From an uncultured Bacteroidales bacterium (GTDB lineage Bacteria > Bacteroidota > Bacteroidia > Bacteroidales > Paludibacteraceae), in NCBI GenBank assembly GCA_946187695.1, contig CAMHSB010000006.1, positions 4,675-68,674 on the forward strand: a stretch of 64,000 bases of DNA, read 5' to 3'. Position numbers and translations under genes: made by a program. A model generated the notes under the pieces. It had not been told where the DNA came from. It made no database searches and worked only from the letters and a program-made list of their open reading frames with translations. Positions 1-8,464 of the stretch are shown one piece after another. Within the stretch, counting starts at the first letter, position 1; every line of letters begins with the position of its first letter.

Positions 1-340
1 GATAATGATCAAGAATTTCTGCCTCTTTAGCTGCATTTAATACAGAATGATGCTCTATGCTAGATACCAGTACTTCTCTACCACTAAAAATAATATTACG
101 TAATACCCAGTTGTTACTTTCAGTTCCTCCAGAAGTAAAATAGATTTCTTCTGGTAACGCCCCTATACATTTAGCAATTGTTTCACGCGCCTTTGCAAGA
201 GCGGCTTTAGGAGCACGGGCAAAAGAGTATGGTTGTGACGCATTGCCATACTCAGATTGCATATAAGGCAGCATAGCTTGCAGGGCAGCATCACTTAACC
301 TTGTAGTAGCAGCATTATCAGCATATATCATCTTATTCAT
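1..340 (-). CDS. Cysteine desulfurase (class V aminotransferase, NifS/IscS/DndA-like), N-terminal ~113 codons; continues past the window edge
   Basis: Own translation from ATG at 340-338: MNKMIYADNAATTRLSDAALQAMLPYMQSEYGNASQPYSFARAPKAALAKARETIAKCIGALPEEIYFTSGGTESNNWVLRN...VSSIEHHSVLNA. FTSGGTESNN and IEHxSV are hallmark NifS/IscS motifs. Its ATG overlaps the TGA of the upstream ORF (TGATG). Confidence 0.8.
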   Translation of the reverse strand, partial: MNKMIYADNAATTRLSDAALQAMLPYMQSEYGNASQPYSFARAPKAALAKARETIAKCIGALPEEIYFTSGGTESNNWVLRNIIFSGREVLVSSIEHHSVLNAAKEAEILDHY

Positions 341-543
341 CAAATGAATAATTTACATCCTTCTGACTTAAATTCTTCTATCTTAGCGTAGATATCTTCA
401 ACATCACAACCTAAATATGAAGCCAAGCAATCTATGCAGTAGTAGTTTTCTATATCTTCCCCAAGCAGTTTTTTATTAATACCGATGGTATTCTTGTCGA
501 GATTCTTCTTCCCGCAAGATATGCATTCTTTAGAGTTCTTCAT
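340..543 (-). CDS. Small Cys-rich zinc-ribbon-like protein (67 aa from internal Met MKNSKE; the ORF track gives 85 aa from 597)
   Basis: CISCGKK...YCIDCLASYLGC...EGC pattern (CxxC...CxxC). The internal start leaves only a 14-nt overlap with the brxL-like stop; the stop codon is coupled to the cysteine desulfurase ATG. Confidence 0.5.
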   Translation of the reverse strand: MKNSKECISCGKKNLDKNTIGINKKLLGEDIENYYCIDCLASYLGCDVEDIYAKIEEFKSEGCKLFI

Positions 544-1972
544 GAATATCTCGAATTGAAAACGCCGGCATATTTTTGCCTCGATATTGTTCATCAATTA
601 TTCCCATCTGGCGCAGGATGATTTGACGCATCTTAACCGCTGGACGCAGACAATATTGTTGGAATTCGCGCACGTTGATATCTTCCTCAGAACGTACGTG
701 GGGGAACAGAAGTTTTAAATATGCTGTGGCTATACGTTTAACCGCCTCTGTATTACGTGTGTCTGCATCTGATGGATACTCTACAATCCTATCTACAATA
801 GCACGATAAGAAGCATCATCACGAAGCAAGTGAAGGATAGTTGTAAAGTACTCCGAATTAAGTGCCCAGCCGGAGATTTTGAGACCTTCATTCATACGAG
901 GAATATCCCATCCCTTGATGAAACCGTGAATACGATCCATTAAAGCACTCGTTCTAAAGATAAGAGGTAGTGAGTCAAACATATTTTGGAATTCATCCAT
1001 CTTATCTTGATCGATATTACCAAGCATTACAAAACCAGCATCAGCAACATCATTTTTGTCTCCTATTTTGACAGTACCTTGCTCCATATAACCTTGTAAT
1101 GTTTGAGTCATTTCGGCAGGATTGTCAAATTCAACCTTTTGAATTTCATCAAAAGCAATATAGTCATGGAAGAAGACAAGACCATCTTCTCTACGTCCTA
1201 AGTCGTAGAACAATTTAGCACGTGTCATCTTTCCTGCTGATAGATATCCATATCGACTGATATTTCCGAATATATAAGATTTACCAGTTCCTTTAGGAGC
1301 CAATTCAATTAAATTGAGACGTTTTTCTACGAAAGGTAGAACTCGTTGAATCATGGATAGTTTCTCGTGCTCGTCTTTATAGCCGGAGGCGTTATAGTCC
1401 ATGGCGCCAAGAATAACATCAATCCATTCATGAATATCAAATTCCTTTCGAATGTTTTTGTAATAGTCCAAGTCTATTTCGTAAGGGCAGAAATTTTGGA
1501 AACTGAGTAGTTTTATTTTTCCTTTCTGTTTCAAAACATCATCAGGATATCGATAGCCGAGTTCTACTATACCCCATGTCTCTTTTGCTTTAATCAATTC
1601 ATCTTGACACATATCCCATACCCTTGACTCAATGATGGTATCTTTATTTGACAACCCAAAATCAGGTAAAGAGAAGGTCACTTCTTGATTCTTAATGTCA
1701 ATATCTACAGAGATACGAGTAAGAATCTTTACATGTTCATTTTCTACTACTATACGGTTCTTTACCGCTGTCCACTCTGCTTTTGAGGGTATATATGTGT
1801 GGACAAAATCGGTAATCTCTTTAATATCGAATTTACCATCTTCATCTTCAAACATTTTTAATAGCCAATCACGTAAAAATGATGGTAAACTTAGTGACTT
1901 AAAAAAGTTACTTTCTTTGAGGTCTTTATAAACTACCATCTCCTCAAAGCAATTTCTCAATTTCTTCTCCAT
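530..1972 (-). CDS. brxL: BrxL-like AAA+ ATPase (BREX Lon-like protein family, short 480-aa form)
   Basis: The N-terminus (VVYKDL...LPSFLRDWLLKMF) resembles the BrxL N-domain. Walker A LAPKGTGKSY and Walker B YIAFDEIQ are present. Lies directly downstream of pglZ. Confidence 0.65.
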   Translation of the reverse strand: MEKKLRNCFEEMVVYKDLKESNFFKSLSLPSFLRDWLLKMFEDEDGKFDIKEITDFVHTYIPSKAEWTAVKNRIVVENEHVKILTRISVDIDIKNQEVTFSLPDFGLSNKDTIIESRVWDMCQDELIKAKETWGIVELGYRYPDDVLKQKGKIKLLSFQNFCPYEIDLDYYKNIRKEFDIHEWIDVILGAMDYNASGYKDEHEKLSMIQRVLPFVEKRLNLIELAPKGTGKSYIFGNISRYGYLSAGKMTRAKLFYDLGRREDGLVFFHDYIAFDEIQKVEFDNPAEMTQTLQGYMEQGTVKIGDKNDVADAGFVMLGNIDQDKMDEFQNMFDSLPLIFRTSALMDRIHGFIKGWDIPRMNEGLKISGWALNSEYFTTILHLLRDDASYRAIVDRIVEYPSDADTRNTEAVKRIATAYLKLLFPHVRSEEDINVREFQQYCLRPAVKMRQIILRQMGIIDEQYRGKNMPAFSIRDIHEEL

Positions 1973-1978
1973 ATATGA

Positions 1979-4261
1979 CTAAAAGAATTTACGTTCGTTA
2001 ATACCTTCCTTCTTGACTTCAAATGTCAAATTTTGGGCGATAATACTATTATTTACATAGACATCCATCGTGTGCATTCCTGCTTTTTTAACATCAGGCA
2101 TTTCAACTGTATAGTAATACTTATTCTCAGTTTTGTGAGCTTCGTAGTACTTGCCTTCTACTAAAACTTTAACATCTTCGAAATCTTCCGATATATAAAT
2201 GCGTACTACCGCATTTTTCTTAAAGCTTGCTGTTACAATCGTGGATTGAGAATCAATCATGCATTTTAGGGATGCAGACTGACGAGTAATCTCAATAATT
2301 GGAACAATAACTTCCTCTAATGTTGCTCCTCCGTGAACCTCGACATTAGCTTTGCGACCACCACGGAATCGATCGTAGTTTGCTAAACACCAGAAATCAT
2401 TTTCTTCTGTTGCCTGTTCCGGTTTTTCTGAAATGTCGGATTTGGGGCAGCAACGACCGGAGTGTTGTCCCTTTTCGCTAACTTCCCACTTGTTTTCGTG
2501 CTCATTTATCACAGCAAGGCGACTAGCACCATGATCCGAGATTAGGTATATTCTTCTATATTGACCCGACAGTAAATCGCTTTCCACGTGTTTGAGTAAC
2601 GTTTGTATCTCGGATAGTTCAGAATATAAATGGATAGGAAGCTTTTCTGTCTCGTAATTGTATGACATCACGCCATTATGCTTTATCTCATCTATAGCCT
2701 TTATATCACGTACCGGAGTGTTTGATAAATTAAATTCGCCAACAAATTCCTTATTCTTACTTGTAATAGATGGTAAATTACATAGACCATACTTGATATT
2801 ACCAACAAGTCCTAATTCATATAGTTTCTCTTGAATATACCCGAGATATTCAACGCCCATAGCGTCAGTAAAATATACAAGAGCATTTTCTTTTGATAAC
2901 TTAGATACAATCGAGGCGCGAGGAACTAAATATTTATTGTATTCTCGTTTTATAGCCTGTTCGCTCACAATCTCCTTCATTTCATCTGAGATATAATTTG
3001 CAATCTTACAATATTTATACATCTCAAAATAATGAGTAAAGATATCCTCTTTGAATCTAAACTTTTTAAGGTATGCCAATAGATCTGGTGAAACATCAGT
3101 TAATAGAGCCTGTACTTTATCTATTGTATAAATATCTCTGTATTTTGCAATAACCGAAAGCAACATGCGTTTCTCGCTCCAAGTGTAATCTGTTAAGTAA
3201 CCTAATGCCTTTTCGTTCTTCCCACTGACAATTTTACAAAATTCACTCGCAGCACCTTCCTCAGCTACATTCTTGAGAATATTTCTTCGTTCTAAATATA
3301 AGTTCCTAAAATGCTTATTAGTCGTATCAAAGTCTAATATAAAATTGTAGAAATTTTGAATAAAATTCTCATATCTGTCTGTTTTGCCGAGAACGTACGA
3401 TAGATATTCGTTATTCTTGACTCCACATACCTTTAACGAGACGAAATGTGCCCACTTTTTATTTGGAGAGTAGGAAGAGTATTGATGGAAACAATTAGCT
3501 AAATTAGGTATTCCGGCATATTCGGACACAAGAAAATCATCCCAGTTAGAGCGCTTAATGAGCGTATTAGCTAAATATTCCCATTGTTCAGATGTTCCCC
3601 ATTGTTCTTCTATACCACTAAGTGCAGAATATATTCCAACTATACTATCAAAACTAGAGTTAAGTTCTCTAATAGGGATGAGGGATAATGGGAAATCTTT
3701 TTTTGTTTTAGAAGTTACAACATTACATTCCATATCAGCAGATTGATCGTAGTATTCCACCATCTTATCAAGACCATCAGAATATACGGTACAGGTGTTT
3801 TTTAGTTTTTTTGATATGAATAATAATGTTGTTATGGGATGATTTGTGTCGGAAGAAACGATTAACACCCTGTTGGCGGCTGATATACGCGGGTCGCTAA
3901 ACTTGAGATAATCTGCACATTGTACTGTTACTAATATCAATTTCCCTTGAGCTTCCAAGGAGATAAAATTCTTTAAAAAGCGTTTAGTCTCTTTGGCACC
4001 CTTTAGTTTAAGAGCCACACTAATCCCGGTCAAGAACGTTGTTCCCGATAATAATGACACGTCATTGAGCAACTTTGGTATGTCGGGAAGGTTATCCTTG
4101 ATGGCATATTTGTGGCTGCCAACAAAACGATTCTTTCCAACATGATAGTGGGTCTTAAACTCAGATAAATCTTTCGCCGAAGGTAAGTCCACTATTATTG
4201 GACTTTGAAATTCGGACGATAGGTATTTATCGACTTTTTTATATGCTTCTGCTATTGTCAT
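1979..4261 (-). CDS. pglZ: PglZ-domain (alkaline-phosphatase fold) protein of BREX
   Basis: 760 aa. YFTDAMGVEYLGY and RIYLISDHGASRL motifs are typical of the PglZ domain. Sits between brxC-like and brxL-like genes. Confidence 0.8.
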   Translation of the reverse strand: MTIAEAYKKVDKYLSSEFQSPIIVDLPSAKDLSEFKTHYHVGKNRFVGSHKYAIKDNLPDIPKLLNDVSLLSGTTFLTGISVALKLKGAKETKRFLKNFISLEAQGKLILVTVQCADYLKFSDPRISAANRVLIVSSDTNHPITTLLFISKKLKNTCTVYSDGLDKMVEYYDQSADMECNVVTSKTKKDFPLSLIPIRELNSSFDSIVGIYSALSGIEEQWGTSEQWEYLANTLIKRSNWDDFLVSEYAGIPNLANCFHQYSSYSPNKKWAHFVSLKVCGVKNNEYLSYVLGKTDRYENFIQNFYNFILDFDTTNKHFRNLYLERRNILKNVAEEGAASEFCKIVSGKNEKALGYLTDYTWSEKRMLLSVIAKYRDIYTIDKVQALLTDVSPDLLAYLKKFRFKEDIFTHYFEMYKYCKIANYISDEMKEIVSEQAIKREYNKYLVPRASIVSKLSKENALVYFTDAMGVEYLGYIQEKLYELGLVGNIKYGLCNLPSITSKNKEFVGEFNLSNTPVRDIKAIDEIKHNGVMSYNYETEKLPIHLYSELSEIQTLLKHVESDLLSGQYRRIYLISDHGASRLAVINEHENKWEVSEKGQHSGRCCPKSDISEKPEQATEENDFWCLANYDRFRGGRKANVEVHGGATLEEVIVPIIEITRQSASLKCMIDSQSTIVTASFKKNAVVRIYISEDFEDVKVLVEGKYYEAHKTENKYYYTVEMPDVKKAGMHTMDVYVNNSIIAQNLTFEVKKEGINERKFF

Positions 4262-4262
4262 A

Positions 4263-7200
4263 TTACTTTGAACGTATTATTTCAACACCTACTCGGGCAT
4301 TGGTTTTGATGAGTTTTTTCAAATATTGTTTAGCCTCATCCGGATTCATAGTATCAATCTTGGCGAAAGCTTTATTGTAGCCGTCTTTCATATACTTATC
4401 TCTGAATAACTCGTCTAACTTATTCGAGAGTGAAGTTGACTGACACCAGTCATATACTTCTGCATACAAATGCTCAGCTAAATAATTCTTAATCAAGTCT
4501 ATGTCATCCAGTAGAACGATTCGATCTCTAATAATATATTTTTTGAACGCTTCATCCCGAGCATTCGCATCTTTTAGTACATTCCAGAATGCAAAAGCTT
4601 TGAAGTAAGAGAGAGCCTTCTTGGTTGTAGAACTATCCGGATTAGATGCGTTTATGCACGCGAAATATTGCTTGTTATCGCTCCATTCTTCTTCTGGCAG
4701 CATTATTTGTAAAGGGACTTTATATTTCTCAGACCATGCAGAAGGTGTATCTGTACCTGTATTTTCTTTCCATAGGTTTCGTAGCAAGATAGAATCAAGC
4801 TGTTGAAGATATTCTTTGATAATGGCAGAAACGCAATTCCTGTAATCCGATTCATCCATCGTGAAACAGTTGGTCGGAATCTTTCCAAATATACTATCTT
4901 GGTCGTTATCAGACAAACCTGATAATAAATCTGCACATGATTTCTTGAAGTATTCTGATTGATTCGCATACAATCTAAGGAATTCGTAGCCTTGATTTTG
5001 AATCTCTTGTAAGAATGCTTCATTTTGGAGCGTCGTGAGTGCGGTAGATAACTTAGATAGGTAATATAAGCGCTCTAATAAACTATCTATTTGACTTGTA
5101 TAATTTTTGATTACTTGATAAGCCAAATGCATATTACTGCAACGAGATGCCCACAAATTCAATGCGTCTTTATAAGATTTACATGGACTATGGAGAACTT
5201 CAGAGGTGGCTTTTGCTATTTTGTACTCACATATCAACTCCTTTATTTTACTCTCTGCTGTATCTTGCTTCCACACCCAATTGGCTGCATCTGCATCAAA
5301 CTTCTCCCTAAGTACATTGATATATTGACCTCCGTCATTTATATCTGCTGCGATAGATAGAAGTTCCGAATAATAAGCCTTTATGAATAATTCCATGCCT
5401 CGTGTGCAATTTTCTTTCGTTAGCACAAGTGACAATTGATCCATAAGGTCATCATCTGATATGATGATTCTTCCTATTTCCATCGCAATGTCGTTATCAG
5501 ATTTACCGGAGTTATCCTTAACATTATTTGCTAAATTGCAATAATGCTCTAATAACGTACACAATTCTTCCCCTTTAGTTACTCCATCTATCACTTCTAA
5601 TGCATACTTAAGAGTCCACAAAGGAAATGCGAATTCTTTCATCTTGTTACGAATGTATGTGCGTGTATGCTCTACAGACGTACAATATTGGTGCGATATG
5701 TCAAACGCCTTAGATGATGCGTTGAAAAATGCTTTCTCTTCGGGAGTGACTGCGACTATGTATTTCTGACGGTAACGGGAATTTGGCGTGTTATCGAGTT
5801 TGATAACCTCGTCAACCATTTCTTCAAATTTCGTTTCCGTTAATTCTTCGCTTGATATATCATCACTATAAGAGAATGAGCCACTTTTAACGTACTCCTT
5901 CATCAAAAAACCTATCATGAATGCGGAGAAGTTACATGGCATAAATCCATAAGGTTCTGCTTTTAAGAATTCATATATCTCTTGGATTGCTATACGACCA
6001 TTTTTCTCTAAATGCTCATCAACAAAGCGATTGAGTGCTATCTTAATTTTCGAAATATTATAAGATGGTATAGATTCCCAATAAGCGGGCTTCTTCCATA
6101 CAGAGTCTAAAACCACATTCAGCCTGTTGGTGGCATTTCCAGAATTGTACACTCCCTTCAATTCTTCTTGTAACGCACTTTCTACTCCTTGTTTTAATGT
6201 CGTGCATATCCATAAGTTATTATTAACCGAGAATTGATCAAGGCATAGATGGTAGCGTTTAACTGTTATTGTGCGTAGCGCATCAATTATAGACGCAAGG
6301 TTAGGATGATATTCTGTATTTGCTAATTCCTTGCAGGACAGTTCGAATTGACCTTTAGTTATAGCAAGTTTCCAGTCCTTTAGAATGTTATTCGCATAGT
6401 TCGAATAATATTGAGCCTGTTGATTGTCCTTGCCGGTAAATATTGCGGCTTTGGCTTTATATCCGACCCATTCGTCGAATTTAAGCTTTCCTAACACGGT
6501 CTTAGATGTATTGACAAATACAACTATGCTATCTGGATTTTTAGAACGAAATTCAGATATTTTTTGTGTTAACATAGCTGCCTCTTGCTCATCCTTTGCA
6601 AATAATAGAATAAAAGGTATTTTCCCATAAGTTGAATTATCATTATTTGCTTTGGAAGTGATCAACTCAAAATTATCCAAACATGCTTCATATGGTTTGA
6701 ATCTCAATTTGATAGCATCCGTCAACTCGATAAATTCACGCAGGGCACCCTCCGAGATAAGCGAGTTGGTAGTTGTAGATTCAAACTTCTTTTTGGAATC
6801 GTTGATTTTTGTGCTATCTAATTCTGAAGTAAGAATACTATAGACAAACTTATCAGAACCCATTGGTTTTTTATATACGATATTATCTCGAACCAATTTT
6901 TCGGCACATGAAATAGCCTCATTTTCTAAATCAGAGCCTTCAAACGCATTAGAAAGATTCCTTTCGGTCGCCAGGAATATATCTACTGCGTCATTAACCT
7001 CAAGAGACATAGCCTGCATGAGAAGAATCGTTTTTAACACTCTCTCTTCTTCGGATGTCAATTTTTTCGTTGTGCTCAGGCGAGGATAGTTGTCTAGAAT
7101 CATGCGAATATTCTGGGCTAAACTATCTTTTCCTAAGTCATAGAAGAAGCCCCATAGCATATCGATTGTCAAAAGAGGATTCTCGTCATAAGGTCCAAAG

Positions 7201-8450
7201 TTATCAATAAACCAACAGAATCCTTTGTTTTCTCCTCCATTTTCATTTTTAATAAAGTCAAACATACTGCGTTGGTTTGACTCAAAGGAAGTAGAAATGT
7301 GCTTTAACAAACAAGCTGTGTATGGATGTATAGGAAGAACTCCTTGTAGAATATCATCATCTATTTGAGCTATGTTTTTAACTATCTTGCGAGATTCTAC
7401 TGTTCGTTCACATAAATCGGCAATTATTTTTCCCCATTCTTTTTGTAGCACCTCGTCCTTATTTTTTTGCATAGCGGCTCCCATAAGTTTGAATGCCATA
7501 TTCTCAGGAAGTTCGATTCTGCGAGTTGGGCGATTAAAACGTCCTAAAATCTTACTCTTTTGCGTAGGATCTGCTAACAACGCCTCGCTCTTATGGGTGA
7601 CAAGGATGAAACTAAACGGCGTAGTCTCGCTCAGTTCAAGTATCGTTTGGAATCCGGTCTGAGTGTCCAAATTGTTCTTAAAGTATTCTGTGAACTCATC
7701 CCATATAAACACAATAGAATTAAGATTGTTTACATTGATAACTTCTTTTATCCATCCACATAAGGCTTTGTCATCAAGCGTAAACGCTTTAATTTGTTTT
7801 TCATGCGCTACACGGAACACCTTACTCATTAACTCTAATAAAGGAACTCCGGTAAAAGTAGAGAGATTGTGTATGATATCATCAACAGACGCTCCTGCAA
7901 AAAGATTTTTGTAACTACCATTTACATAGACAGCAAAGCTATTTTTGTTTTCTTCGTCTGAAAGATACTTAATGACAGAGTCCTTCATAGAAGAAGAAGC
8001 CATGTTTGTAATTCCTGCCTCTTTAAGCGCATCTTCTATACTCTCTTGTATCGCCAAGAATAAATCGTTATCGCCATGAATTGCTGACGAACCATAGCGA
8101 TGAATGGTAATTACTTTCCCTTGATTCTTTGCACTAAGAAACTTATTAAGAAGGTCGTTATCTAAGCTAAAATTATGAAAATATTCTTTGGTCTCCGCTT
8201 CCGACGCATCCAATAATCGTTTAAGGGTGAGTACAGCATGGGACTTTCCTGTTCCATATGCTCCTTCTACCCAAATGTTTAATTTTTTAGTACGTGTGAT
8301 AACTCCTATAGTATCTTTAAGCAAATCAACAAATGTAGAGTGTGGATAGAATTTCTTCCACAAATCTTCGTCATGCTTAATAACATCAGCGTTTACTGCA
8401 GGAAAGTAATCAGGATCTATTTCAAAAAAATGACGATAACTATTAGCCAT
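4263..8450 (-). CDS. brxC: BrxC/PglY-like large P-loop NTPase (1395 aa)
   Basis: N-terminal Walker A WVEGAYGTGKSHAV, Walker B-like IVFIWDEFTEY, very long helical C-terminal part. Position between the PAPS-reductase gene and pglZ matches BREX type 4 order. Confidence 0.7.
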   Translation of the reverse strand: MANSYRHFFEIDPDYFPAVNADVIKHDEDLWKKFYPHSTFVDLLKDTIGVITRTKKLNIWVEGAYGTGKSHAVLTLKRLLDASEAETKEYFHNFSLDNDLLNKFLSAKNQGKVITIHRYGSSAIHGDNDLFLAIQESIEDALKEAGITNMASSSMKDSVIKYLSDEENKNSFAVYVNGSYKNLFAGASVDDIIHNLSTFTGVPLLELMSKVFRVAHEKQIKAFTLDDKALCGWIKEVINVNNLNSIVFIWDEFTEYFKNNLDTQTGFQTILELSETTPFSFILVTHKSEALLADPTQKSKILGRFNRPTRRIELPENMAFKLMGAAMQKNKDEVLQKEWGKIIADLCERTVESRKIVKNIAQIDDDILQGVLPIHPYTACLLKHISTSFESNQRSMFDFIKNENGGENKGFCWFIDNFGPYDENPLLTIDMLWGFFYDLGKDSLAQNIRMILDNYPRLSTTKKLTSEEERVLKTILLMQAMSLEVNDAVDIFLATERNLSNAFEGSDLENEAISCAEKLVRDNIVYKKPMGSDKFVYSILTSELDSTKINDSKKKFESTTTNSLISEGALREFIELTDAIKLRFKPYEACLDNFELITSKANNDNSTYGKIPFILLFAKDEQEAAMLTQKISEFRSKNPDSIVVFVNTSKTVLGKLKFDEWVGYKAKAAIFTGKDNQQAQYYSNYANNILKDWKLAITKGQFELSCKELANTEYHPNLASIIDALRTITVKRYHLCLDQFSVNNNLWICTTLKQGVESALQEELKGVYNSGNATNRLNVVLDSVWKKPAYWESIPSYNISKIKIALNRFVDEHLEKNGRIAIQEIYEFLKAEPYGFMPCNFSAFMIGFLMKEYVKSGSFSYSDDISSEELTETKFEEMVDEVIKLDNTPNSRYRQKYIVAVTPEEKAFFNASSKAFDISHQYCTSVEHTRTYIRNKMKEFAFPLWTLKYALEVIDGVTKGEELCTLLEHYCNLANNVKDNSGKSDNDIAMEIGRIIISDDDLMDQLSLVLTKENCTRGMELFIKAYYSELLSIAADINDGGQYINVLREKFDADAANWVWKQDTAESKIKELICEYKIAKATSEVLHSPCKSYKDALNLWASRCSNMHLAYQVIKNYTSQIDSLLERLYYLSKLSTALTTLQNEAFLQEIQNQGYEFLRLYANQSEYFKKSCADLLSGLSDNDQDSIFGKIPTNCFTMDESDYRNCVSAIIKEYLQQLDSILLRNLWKENTGTDTPSAWSEKYKVPLQIMLPEEEWSDNKQYFACINASNPDSSTTKKALSYFKAFAFWNVLKDANARDEAFKKYIIRDRIVLLDDIDLIKNYLAEHLYAEVYDWCQSTSLSNKLDELFRDKYMKDGYNKAFAKIDTMNPDEAKQYLKKLIKTNARVGVEIIRSK

Positions 8451-8464
8451 GATTATAACAAGAT

